A DNA stretch of 64,000 bases from Candidatus Omnitrophota bacterium (GTDB lineage: Bacteria > Omnitrophota > Gorgyraeia > Zapsychrales > Zapsychraceae): contig JAJDCA010000071.1 of assembly GCA_029261055.1 (NCBI GenBank), positions 25,778-89,777 on the forward strand, read 5' to 3'. The notes beneath the pieces were generated by a model that saw only the letters and a list, made by a program, of their open reading frames with translations, searched no databases and was not told the origin of the DNA. Below are positions 36,833 to 45,516 of this stretch, piece by piece (within the stretch, counting starts at the first letter, position 1; each line of letters starts with the position of its first letter). The position numbers were made by a program, and so were the translations under genes.

Positions 36833-37707
36833 TTTTGGTAGCCTTTCTCTGCGATAAAAGAACTGCGTGTTAAAGGGGAGCTTTGTACATGCTTAAATCC
36901 CATGTTTAATCCAATGGTGCGATATTCTTCAAATTCTTTTGGGGTAATAAATCGGGTGACTTTAAAATGACGACGTGAGGTTGAGGGGGCTAAATATTGC
37001 CCAATGGTGAGCATAGAGCATCCTGTTTCATGCAGGTCTTGCATGAGTTGTAGAATTTCTGCATAGGTTTCTCCAAATCCGACCATGAATCCCGATTTAA
37101 TAATAGATGCAGGGGCAAGCTGGTGGCAGGTTTTTAATACGGCTAAAGAACGGGCATAATCAGCTTTGGAACGAACATCCGGTGAAAGGCGTTTTACTGT
37201 TTCTAGATTGTGGCTAATAACTTCGGGGCGTGCGTCAGTCAGTTTTTTGAGAAGATGCATTTTATTAGAAAAGTCTGGAATGAGCACTTCGATTTTTGTT
37301 TGCGGCGTAAGAGCCCGAATTGCGTGGATGGTGCGGACAAATTGATCGACGCCTTCATCCGGAAGGTCATCACGCGCTACAGATGTGATAACAACGTATT
37401 TTAAATTTAATTCTTTGATGGCAAGGGCGGTATGATGCGGTTCATGCAGATCAACCTCTAAAGGACGGCCAGATTTGACGGCACAAAAACGGCAGGCACG
37501 GGTGCATATTTCTCCGAGGATCATAAATGTGGCAATCCCTTGTTCCCAGCATTGTCCGAGATTAGGACAGCGGGCACTTTCACAGACGGTATGAAGAGAA
37601 GATGTACGGACAAGGTTTTTAATTTTTCGTACTTTGGTTATGTCCGGTATGTTTTGACGGAACCAAGAAGGGAGAGGAAGGGGTTTATTTGTTGTGATTG
37701 GAGGCAT
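36811..37707 (-). CDS. lipA: Lipoyl synthase
   Basis: TVCESARCPNLGQCW, CTRACRFC, HNLETV, RSS. Confidence 0.96.
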   Translation of the reverse strand: MPPITTNKPLPLPSWFRQNIPDITKVRKIKNLVRTSSLHTVCESARCPNLGQCWEQGIATFMILGEICTRACRFCAVKSGRPLEVDLHEPHHTALAIKELNLKYVVITSVARDDLPDEGVDQFVRTIHAIRALTPQTKIEVLIPDFSNKMHLLKKLTDARPEVISHNLETVKRLSPDVRSKADYARSLAVLKTCHQLAPASIIKSGFMVGFGETYAEILQLMQDLHETGCSMLTIGQYLAPSTSRRHFKVTRFITPKEFEEYRTIGLNMGFKHVQSSPLTRSSFIAEKGYQKCLSTQK

Positions 37708-38213
37708 TATTGTTTGGTTTCTTGATCCGTCATTTTGTCTAATTTTTTTTCCCATTTACGTTTTTCAGCTGGCGTCGCATAGTCTGTAATCAGGTTTCCA
37801 TCTAGATGGTCTGTTTCATGAAGAATAACCCTGGCCATAAGATCGTCATGTATTCTTTCTATGAGGTTATTGTGTTCATCAAGATATTGAATCCAAATTT
37901 TTTTAGCACGTTTTACGTTTATGGTGACTTCAGGAATGCTTAAACAGCCTTCTTCCTGAACGGCAGAGCCGGATTCTTTGATGATAAGGGGGTTAATAAT
38001 GGCAATAGGACCATCTCCGACATCAACGACAAAAATACGACGGTTGACACCAATTTGTGGGGCAGCTAGGCCAATACCCTGATTGTGGTTCATGGTATGG
38101 ATCATAGAATGAATGAGTATGCGTTCTCCTGGACCAATTTCGTTAACAGGTTCGGATTTTTTACGAAGGCAAGGATCGCCATAAATCCTGATTTTTAAAA
38201 GAGGAGGGTTCAT
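37707..38213 (-). CDS. def: Peptide deformylase
   Basis: GIGLAAPQIG, EGCLS, HETDHLDG. Confidence 0.97.
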   Translation of the reverse strand: MNPPLLKIRIYGDPCLRKKSEPVNEIGPGERILIHSMIHTMNHNQGIGLAAPQIGVNRRIFVVDVGDGPIAIINPLIIKESGSAVQEEGCLSIPEVTINVKRAKKIWIQYLDEHNNLIERIHDDLMARVILHETDHLDGNLITDYATPAEKRKWEKKLDKMTDQETKQ

Positions 38214-38237
38214 GGATGGACGTAAGGAAAAAACCTT

Positions 38238-38600
38238 TTACTTTTTTTCCTTTGAATGTATTCGATTATTTTCGTCTAAGTGAATAATTTTGGGTTTAAA
38301 TTCGCGTGCTTCTTTTTGTTCCAAAAGGGCGTAGCTTAAAATGATGATTTGATCTCCGACAAGACCAAGACGAGCCGCTGGTCCATTGAGACAAATTATG
38401 CCGGAACCAGCTTCGCCTAAAATAGTGTAGGTGTTAAAGCGGTTGCCATTATTGACATTAAGCACTTCAACCTTTTCACCCGGAATAATATCAACAGCTT
38501 TCATCAGGTCTTCATCAATGGTAATACTACCTTCATAGAAGAGTTCTGCTTCTGTTATGCGGCCGTAAGCAATTTTAGATTTGCAAAATTCAATAAACAT
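38238..38600 (-). CDS. panD: Aspartate 1-decarboxylase
   Basis: YEG|SITID cleavage site, [16 protein letters not shown]. Confidence 0.93.
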   Translation of the reverse strand: MFIEFCKSKIAYGRITEAELFYEGSITIDEDLMKAVDIIPGEKVEVLNVNNGNRFNTYTILGEAGSGIICLNGPAARLGLVGDQIIILSYALLEQKEAREFKPKIIHLDENNRIHSKEKK

Positions 38601-38601
38601 T

Positions 38602-38922
38602 TTATAGTTGAGGATTTATTTTTTCTAAGAGTTGATCTTTAGACATAGCGCCGACAATTTGCTCTACAGCTTCGCCACCTTTGAAAATTAAAAGGGTAGG
38701 GATCGACATGACATTAAATTTTCCAGCTAGATCCTGAGCTTCGTCGACATTTATTTTAGTCACCTTAAGTTTACCATCCAATTCATTCGAAATTTCATCT
38801 ACGATAGGACTGATAGCTTTGCACGGTCCACACCATTCGGCCCAAAAATCTACCAGCACAGGTAAGTCAGACTTAATAACTTCCCCTTCAAAATTTTTAT
38901 CCGTAACATTAATTACAGCCAT
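38602..38922 (-). CDS. trxA: Thioredoxin
   Basis: [17 protein letters not shown]. Confidence 0.97.
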   Translation of the reverse strand: MAVINVTDKNFEGEVIKSDLPVLVDFWAEWCGPCKAISPIVDEISNELDGKLKVTKINVDEAQDLAGKFNVMSIPTLLIFKGGEAVEQIVGAMSKDQLLEKINPQL

Positions 38923-39063
38923 TGAAAACTCCTTCTTTTGAATAGATTAACATTGCATCCCGCCCCATCGAGCAGAATTCAAATTTGGGCTGTATTATAT
39001 ACATACCTTAGGGGGATAGCAAGGGGATTTTGAGGCAATGGCCAGGCAATGGCCTGGAAAAGT

Positions 39064-40413
39064 TTAAGTTTTTTCTAACAGAAACGGTAAGTGGTGGAGG
39101 AGGTAGAAGGGGATTGTAAGTAATGTGTAATTTTTGCTATTGGGTATTTTTATCGTCTCTAAGGCGCATGTATTCGCACATACGCGGATAGCCAGATGGT
39201 GTGGGCATTGGGTCATAAAGTTGTGAAGAGATTTGAGATGTCCTACTTTTCCGGATTTTACTTCAATAGGGATGACCTTATTTTGAAAAGGTAAGATAAA
39301 ATCAACTTTAGAGACGGACCCTTTCTTTTCCCGGCACCAATAGGAAAGAGACATTTGTTTAGAAAAGGATAATGATGTTAGGGCCTGGCCTACGGCTTGT
39401 TCAGCCATGCGTCCCTTGGCAAGGTTGTTGAAATCATGTGTATTAAGAATGTCACTTCGTAACCCAAGGTAATAATTCATTAGGCCGATATCCAGAAAAA
39501 GCAGTTTAGGAGACTTACGGAGTTTATTGATGATGGGCAGGTCGCTGGACGAAGAGGCATAAATACGGTTTATCAGCATTGATTTATCCAGGATATCAAA
39601 AGCTTCTTTCATTTCCCGACTACGAAATCCTGATTCTCCAAATTTTTCATAGGTTACGGTTTGTCCGGCATATTGAGGGCTGTGCTCAATAACATGCTGG
39701 ATGTATCTGGCCTTGATTTTAGTTGCGTACTTAAAGACATCGTCTTTAAATCCTGTCAGGATTGATGTATAGATTTTGTCATTGTCGATAAGGCTTTTTG
39801 TTTCGACATATTGAGCCACGGCCTCCGGCATGCCACCGACGAGTAAATATTCACCATATTTTTTTATAAGCAGGTTATGCATTTCATCGGGGATGAGGGA
39901 ATGGGGTGTGAGTTTATGGATGTATTCATGCGTGAATTCATCGTGGTTGGCGATTAAAAATTCATCGAATGTCACTGGATACATGTAAGCATATTCCACA
40001 CGTCCCACCGGAAAGGAAAAACCTTCTTTTTTCATTTTTACTTCCAGTAAAGATCCGGCTGCCATAACATGCAGGGCAGGCATATCTTCATAAAAATAGC
40101 GCAACTGCATCATAGCGGTTGCAGAATTCTGAATTTCGTCAATAAATAGAAGGGTCTGTTTAGGAATGATTTTTTTACCCATTTTTAATTCTATGAGTTG
40201 AATCAAATCAGGCATAGATAAGGTTTTTTGAAATAGGGCTAAATGGTCTTCTTTATCCAGATTTAGATAGATTAACTCTTTAAAATGTGTTTGCGCAAAC
40301 ATCTGAATAGCTACTGTCTTTCCAACTTGCCTTGCCCCACGGATAATTAAAGGCTTTCGGTGATCAGAGTTGCTCCATTTTTTGAAATAATCATGAATTT
40401 TTCGTTTGAACAT
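39064..40413 (-). CDS. AAA_14 ATPase with DUF4143 (PD-(D/E)xK-like) C-terminus
   Basis: GARQVGKT, FIDEIQ, GGMPEAV, PKLLFLDIGL, VDF..PIEVKSG. Confidence 0.9.
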   Translation of the reverse strand: MFKRKIHDYFKKWSNSDHRKPLIIRGARQVGKTVAIQMFAQTHFKELIYLNLDKEDHLALFQKTLSMPDLIQLIELKMGKKIIPKQTLLFIDEIQNSATAMMQLRYFYEDMPALHVMAAGSLLEVKMKKEGFSFPVGRVEYAYMYPVTFDEFLIANHDEFTHEYIHKLTPHSLIPDEMHNLLIKKYGEYLLVGGMPEAVAQYVETKSLIDNDKIYTSILTGFKDDVFKYATKIKARYIQHVIEHSPQYAGQTVTYEKFGESGFRSREMKEAFDILDKSMLINRIYASSSSDLPIINKLRKSPKLLFLDIGLMNYYLGLRSDILNTHDFNNLAKGRMAEQAVGQALTSLSFSKQMSLSYWCREKKGSVSKVDFILPFQNKVIPIEVKSGKVGHLKSLHNFMTQCPHHLAIRVCANTCALETIKIPNSKNYTLLTIPFYLLHHLPFLLEKT

Positions 40414-40419
40414 ACTAAA

Positions 40420-40492
40420 ATTGTAACATTTTATGGGTAAATATCAATGGATATTGTATTATTTTAGGGGTAATTATTATGTGATATTGTAT
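40420..40492. repeat. Imperfect 33-bp tandem repeat directly upstream of the DUF4143 ATPase
   Basis: ATTGTA recurs at 40420, 40453 and 40486. Units ATTGTAACATTTTATGGGTAAATATCAATGGAT and ATTGTATTATTTTAGGGGTAATTATTATGTGAT. Confidence 0.7.
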
Positions 40493-40607
40493 GAAAGAAT
40501 AAGATTGTCTTAATTCATCTAGTTTTTTAATCTTAATTTTTCAAACTGGTCGTAGTGTTTTATGTTTTCTGAATTCAGATAGATATGCTTGGTCGTATTG
40601 AGATTAT

Positions 40608-41012
40608 ATGCTTTATGAAGTTTGTATAAATATCAAGTATTTTTCAGGGGGATTTACGGAAGGAGATATGGAGCTAACGATGAGTGCACCCCTAAAGAAG
40701 GATGGGGTGGATGCTTCTAAGGCTGGAGATAACTATACTTTAGAGATACGCATAGAATCCCAGAAAAAAAATAGGGGGGAATACTCTGAGGATAACGGAG
40801 GCACGATGGGTCGGTGGGAATACAAAAGCACAACCCTTGCTAAGGATGGTGCCTTGACCCTGCATAATGCTACGCGTATTCCGAGGAAAGATGGTGTTGT
40901 CGAAGTAGAATTTTTAATTGATGAGGAAAATGCACCAAGAGATATTGTTCTTCAAACAAGAGGGCTGAATAATGCGGAGAAAAATAAAATCAAAGGAATA
41001 AAAAAAAATTGA
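40608..41012 (+). CDS. Hypothetical protein, probably the 5' half of a gene split at an A9 run
   Basis: Open frame, with an AGGAG-preceded ATG at 40668. Ends just after the A9 tract at 41000-41008. Confidence 0.5.
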   Translation: MLYEVCINIKYFSGGFTEGDMELTMSAPLKKDGVDASKAGDNYTLEIRIESQKKNRGEYSEDNGGTMGRWEYKSTTLAKDGALTLHNATRIPRKDGVVEVEFLIDEENAPRDIVLQTRGLNNAEKNKIKGIKKN

Positions 41013-41491
41013 GGATGAGTGAAACTCTTCGAGTTCTTGTCAGAGATGAAGCCGCAATTAAAAATAGAATATACGGAATTGCGGCAAACGGTATTCCTTT
41101 TATTCGAGAGGACATCATATCAGAAGGAAATCGAGATCAAATTAAGGAAGCCATTGATCATGAGCGAAGAGAGTTAACCGCAGAAGATCACGATAATATT
41201 AGGGCTGAACAATATCAAGGTGGCTTACGAAATTTTATTACGGAACTATCGGACAAAGATAAGTCTGATTTGGTTGGTGGTATTAATTTGAATGAAATCC
41301 AAGTTGACCGACAAGGTTCTGGTGTTAATATTCATTTCGACCCAGCCACAATCCAGCCAATTCTTGATTTGGGTGTGGATGGCTATGCCCCAGTGTTTAT
41401 TAATTTTACCCCCATCACCAGCATTTTACCGCTTTTAGGGCTTGAGCCTCGCAGAAAAGAAAAAGAGTATGAGATTTTTAGTGTGAATTAA
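41009..41491 (+). CDS. Hypothetical protein with a GGINLN...DPA...G.APV.IN..P...LLGL C-terminal motif
   Basis: Open frame. The C-terminal motif resembles, from recollection only, tails of large Omnitrophota proteins. Confidence 0.6.
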   Translation: MRMSETLRVLVRDEAAIKNRIYGIAANGIPFIREDIISEGNRDQIKEAIDHERRELTAEDHDNIRAEQYQGGLRNFITELSDKDKSDLVGGINLNEIQVDRQGSGVNIHFDPATIQPILDLGVDGYAPVFINFTPITSILPLLGLEPRRKEKEYEIFSVN

Positions 41492-41533
41492 AAGTGTAAT
41501 TCATGTAGTATCCGTTGCATTTTGCACGATTTT

Positions 41534-41756
41534 ATACCAACTCCATTAAATGATTCCCCTTTTTACCTTGGTTATTCTCGTTAAAGCATCGAGAATAACC
41601 GAATTAATTTTGGCAATTATTTAATTAAGAGATTGGCTGAACAAATTATTTAGCCAATCTCCAACGGGTTTAATTCCTCGAGGCTTGCCTCGTATTTAGG
41701 AATTCCGTTTGATACCTCGTGGGCTTGCCCCGGGGAGACTTCATTGGGTTTGATAT
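41534..41756. mobile_element. Family B MITE interrupted by a family A repeat
   Basis: Left arm ATACCAACTCCATTAAATGAT and inner hairpin GGTTATTCTCG/CGAGAATAACC. Right arm split into ATTATTTAA and TGGGTTTGATAT around 41621-41745. Confidence 0.68.
41621..41745 (+). repeat. Repeat family A, full-length copy
   Basis: Aligns with the reverse complement of 2803-2925. Three hairpins. Confidence 0.9.
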
Positions 41757-41796
41757 TACCTTCAATTTATACAAGGCAGGATAGGGGTAGACGAAA

Positions 41797-41848
41797 TATG
41801 CCTTTAGATACATATGTATTTGACAACATAATTAAAATATGGTATATT
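41797..41848 (+). promoter_or_regulatory. Sigma70-type promoter and possible operator of the TA operon
   Basis: TTGACA (41820), 17 bp, TATATT (41843) with a TGn extension. ATATG-N10-CATAT palindrome just upstream. ATG at 41853 suggests a leaderless transcript. Confidence 0.6.
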
Positions 41849-41852
41849 TATT

Positions 41853-42090
41853 ATGAGAGATTGGAAAGTTGAGAAACATCCATTACTTGCGGAAGAATTT
41901 GAGGACTTTTCTGAATCTGTGCAAGATGAATTATTAGCCGAAATCGTGCTATTAGAAAAATATGGACCACATTTGAAAAGACCTCATGCAGATACGCTCA
42001 AAAATTCTAAAACGGTTTTATAAGCAGTTGATCAAAAAGGCTGATAGGCGATTTGATGAGCATTTAGCCAAATTGAAGGAGAAAGAATAA
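41853..42090 (+). pseudogene. RelE/HigB (Gp49-like) toxin with internal deletion and frameshift
   Basis: MRDWKVE..VQDELLA..LLEKYGPHLKRPHADTLKNSK then a stop at 42021-42023. The C-terminal KRFYKQLIKKADRRFDEHL lies in another frame and ends at TAATG coupled to the antitoxin. Confidence 0.85.
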
Positions 42091-42434
42091 TGAGCAAAGG
42101 GCCAATATTACAAAAAACTTGGGATAATTTATCTGAAGCAAGAAAAAAACGCATAATAAAAAGAGCTGCGGAACTTGAATCTGAATATTTGAGTCTGCAG
42201 GAAGTGCGGAAAGAAGCAGGTTTATCACAAGCTAGTGTTTCTAAGAAATTACATATGGATCAAGGTAATATTTCCCGTATAGAAAGAAATTCTGATATGT
42301 TGCTTTCGACATTGCAAGGGTATATTGAAGCTATTGGTGGAAAATTAAAACTAACCGTGAAACTTCCAAACAAACCGGCTATTGTTTTAACAGGGTTGGG
42401 TGATTTAATAGAATCATCGAATTCAAAAAAATAA
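42090..42434 (+). CDS. XRE-family HTH antitoxin (HigA-like)
   Basis: LQEVRKEAGLSQ..V...L.MDQ.NISRIE..SDMLLSTL..YIEAIGGKL. Confidence 0.9.
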   Translation: MSKGPILQKTWDNLSEARKKRIIKRAAELESEYLSLQEVRKEAGLSQASVSKKLHMDQGNISRIERNSDMLLSTLQGYIEAIGGKLKLTVKLPNKPAIVLTGLGDLIESSNSKK

Positions 42435-42681
42435 AGTATTAATTTATAAAGACAAATGTGCTTTTCATGATCAGTATCAATTTATTCGGCATATATGAAG
42501 CTTAGTAATTTTCTAACCACCCGCCTTTGTTAAACGCTACCCGCTTCAATATTTTCTTACATAATTTTTAGCAGATTCCTACCGTTTTAATTTGGACTGA
42601 GCATAATGCGTGGAATATTTTTTGATTTACCGGGAAAAAAATAATCGTAACAGCAGTAAATTAAGGTATAATATTTTTCAA

Positions 42682-43584
42682 ATGAAAATATTTTTTACAT
42701 TTCTTTTTTTAGTAATACTTTCCCCATTTGCTTATGCTGATGGTCCTCCAATCTTTGTCATAGGCCAAGAGGTACAATCCATTCATGATTATATGGAAGC
42801 AACAAAGAGAAATGCAGATCAACCGGATGGGTTTATGGTATACACAGCCATAAACGATATTCGCGGGTTATGGGAGCCTGTGGACCAAGGTGCCGGAATT
42901 AATTATGCAGACCAATTACTTAAAGAGTACCCTAAAATATCCGTTATTCAGATTGGTCTATATATGCGCTATATGCTTAAAGAGACTCTAAATGGAAGTT
43001 TTGATAAAACTATAGATCAATTAGGAGAATGGATTAAAAAGACCGACAAACAAGTTTATTTGCGTATTGGTTATGAATTCGATAACCTAGAAAATCAATA
43101 TAACCCCGAAGATTATAAGCAGGCCTATCGGTATATTGTTGATCGTCTTCGATCTAGAGACATCAGTAATATCGATTTTGTTTGGCATACGATAGCGTGG
43201 AGGGATAAGGATTGGCCAGCATATGATCCTTTAAAATGGTATCCGGGAGATGAATATATTGATTGGGTAGGCATATCTTTTTTTGATTCTAAACAAGATA
43301 AGGAGCGGATAAAAGCGGCGGAAATTGCTCATCAAATTAATAAGCCATTAATGATTGCAGAAAGTTCTCCATTTTTTCAATATACCAATGACGAAAAATT
43401 GGAATGGATGAACAAACTCTTTGAGTATATGAAGACATATCGTGTTAATTTCTTGAGTTACATTAATGTTAATTGGGATCATTTACCGATGTTTAAAAAT
43501 CAAAAATGGGGTGATAGTCGCTTACAGATTGAGCCCGTTATAATGAGTAAATGGTTAGAAGAAATTAAGGAATTCAAGCGATAA
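42682..43584 (+). CDS. Secreted glycoside hydrolase, GH26-like
   Basis: Signal peptide, LRIGYEFD, WYPGDEYIDWVGIS, KPLMIAES. Confidence 0.85.
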   Translation: MKIFFTFLFLVILSPFAYADGPPIFVIGQEVQSIHDYMEATKRNADQPDGFMVYTAINDIRGLWEPVDQGAGINYADQLLKEYPKISVIQIGLYMRYMLKETLNGSFDKTIDQLGEWIKKTDKQVYLRIGYEFDNLENQYNPEDYKQAYRYIVDRLRSRDISNIDFVWHTIAWRDKDWPAYDPLKWYPGDEYIDWVGISFFDSKQDKERIKAAEIAHQINKPLMIAESSPFFQYTNDEKLEWMNKLFEYMKTYRVNFLSYINVNWDHLPMFKNQKWGDSRLQIEPVIMSKWLEEIKEFKR

Positions 43585-43842
43585 GAAATTTCCTGACTTC
43601 GCCATTTTTTACTTCTAGGTTTTTTCATTGTACCACAGGTCAAGGACACGCTTACGCTTGCAAGTGGCCTCTTGTTCTTAGTTTTGTCGGCCATCCTTGA
43701 TTTGTCTGTGGTCTTACGGAATTATTACAACAGGACTGTTTGGGATATGAAATTCAGATTGATGAAGGAGGATTTATCGATTATTTGGTCGGAAGTTTGG
43801 CTGTAATACATCAGGTGACGGGGTACTCGGTATGGTCACTGA

Positions 43843-44214
43843 TTAAGTCAATCGATGCCAATGTTTCCAGATAAATAGTCCGATGAGCACAGGTACTACG
43901 AACAGTGTGACTAGCACAGCAGGCTGTGTGTAAAGAACTAATATTTCGTCGTTTGGAGGAATGAGAAAAAAGCTTGCGGTGCCAACTGTGAACCCTCCAA
44001 AATATAGATAGACGGCCCATCTACGTAGGCGAAGGAAGCCGATGCCTGCGACAACCGCTAGGGTCTTCAATAGGCCGTTCCAGATTCCTCGCGTAAATCC
44101 GAAGTCGCTTCCACTTATGATAATCTTCAAGACAAACACTAAACCTCCAAGTATCAAGAACCAACCAAGAATCTGTAGCGGTAGCGGGGATTTTTCATTA
44201 ACTTCATTGCTCAT
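43843..44214 (-). CDS. Small 4-TM hypothetical membrane protein
   Basis: GAGG RBS, four hydrophobic segments, GF.RLRRWA. Confidence 0.7.
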   Translation of the reverse strand: MSNEVNEKSPLPLQILGWFLILGGLVFVLKIIISGSDFGFTRGIWNGLLKTLAVVAGIGFLRLRRWAVYLYFGGFTVGTASFFLIPPNDEILVLYTQPAVLVTLFVVPVLIGLFIWKHWHRLT

Positions 44215-44426
44215 ACCTCAGACTCCATCGTGACCAAAAATTAATACATGAAAGTTTATTTTTCCGGGGGAAGGGAAATGATACTTAATAAAAGTATAAA
44301 GTATTTTCTAAGAAAATTCTATATTTTCCGATTTTTTAGTCAGGATTGAGAATTACTTAATTTATTACGTAATTCTTTTAAAAGTATCATTTTTGACATT
44401 GATATGAAAAGTTTGTCGAGGAGCTC

Positions 44427-44533
44427 TTTGTACAAATATCCAGGCTCCGCGGAGCCTAGATATTTGTACAAAACTAGTTAGTGCTTCGACTAGATTGAAA
44501 TTATCTGTTGCTAATTTCAATTTCGCTCAGCAC
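44427..44533. repeat. Two adjacent palindromes downstream of the TPR gene
   Basis: 46-bp TTTGTACAAATATC-c-AGGCTCCGCGGAGCCT-a-GATATTTGTACAAA, then GTGCTTCGAC-[ATTGAAATTA..TAATTTCAAT]-TTCGCTCAGCAC. Confidence 0.8.
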
Positions 44534-44556
44534 ACGCTCCGATTCATGTGAAGATA

Positions 44557-45516
44557 TTAGAACATTTGTGGGTTGATGATGGTGTTTTGGTAGGGGGTTG
44601 GGGCTTTGGCTTTGTTGATGGCTGAGCCTTTTAAGAGCATTTGCGTGGCGGCGGTTTCTTGGTTCATGGCTTTGAGGGACAGGCTTAAATAATAGTAGGT
44701 GTCTGAATATTCAGGATTTTCCTTGAGGGCTTTATCGAAATAAAAAATGGCTTGGCCGTATTGTTTGAGTTCGTAGGCGGCTAAGCCGGCAAAATAGTAA
44801 AAGAAGTCTAATTCATCGATTTTTAAATAGATGGCATAGTTAGTGATATTGAGGAGTTCTTTGTAGTTTTTTAAGTGTAAGTTGCTGAGGACTAATAATT
44901 TGTAACAGTTTTGTGTGCCAGTGCCCAGATGGGTGGACATTGTTTTTCCCAGTCCGGATAATCCTACAAATAATCTGCGATAAATTTCTGAAGTACTGAG
45001 TAATGTGAGGGTATGTGTGAGGTTTGTGGTCAGGGCTTTGTTAAGAGGTTCAATGGCATCGGCATACCGGCCATCCTTAAAGTTAATCACCCCAAGATTG
45101 TAATAAAACCAGAAAAATTGAGGGTGCAATTCTGTGGCTTTTTGGAAGTATTCAATGGCTTTGTTTTGATCGTCGGCATGATAATACGCGAATCCCAACA
45201 TGCCATGAGCTGTTGGATTTTGAGGAAAAAATTCTGTAATTTTTTTGTAATAGGTAATGTTTCTTTGCAATTCTGCTTTATTAAAGGGGCCTTGATTTTC
45301 TTCGTATTTTACGAAATAGGATAGATCGGGTTTAAGATCGTTCAATGCTTTGAGCATATTTTTATCCTGGACTTTTGTGTAATCAATCACATGGCCGAGA
45401 AGAAAATAGATCAATACATACATTAAAGCGAGACGCTTGCAAAGCCAAACTACGGAGTGCAGGATAATTTTTAGCACGGATCGGTCGCCGGTTCTATTTG
45501 TTTTTGTTTCATCCAT
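44557..45516 (-). CDS. Membrane-anchored TPR protein
   Basis: N-terminal TM, repeated LG..YY...A...F.KA..L.P TPR units. Confidence 0.85.
   Translation of the reverse strand: MDETKTNRTGDRSVLKIILHSVVWLCKRLALMYVLIYFLLGHVIDYTKVQDKNMLKALNDLKPDLSYFVKYEENQGPFNKAELQRNITYYKKITEFFPQNPTAHGMLGFAYYHADDQNKAIEYFQKATELHPQFFWFYYNLGVINFKDGRYADAIEPLNKALTTNLTHTLTLLSTSEIYRRLFVGLSGLGKTMSTHLGTGTQNCYKLLVLSNLHLKNYKELLNITNYAIYLKIDELDFFYYFAGLAAYELKQYGQAIFYFDKALKENPEYSDTYYYLSLSLKAMNQETAATQMLLKGSAINKAKAPTPYQNTIINPQMF

Noticed and set aside
43597-43806. Start-less open frame of about 69 codons after the GH26 gene
   Set aside because: No start or RBS and no recognisable homology. It may be a gene fragment but I cannot support that.
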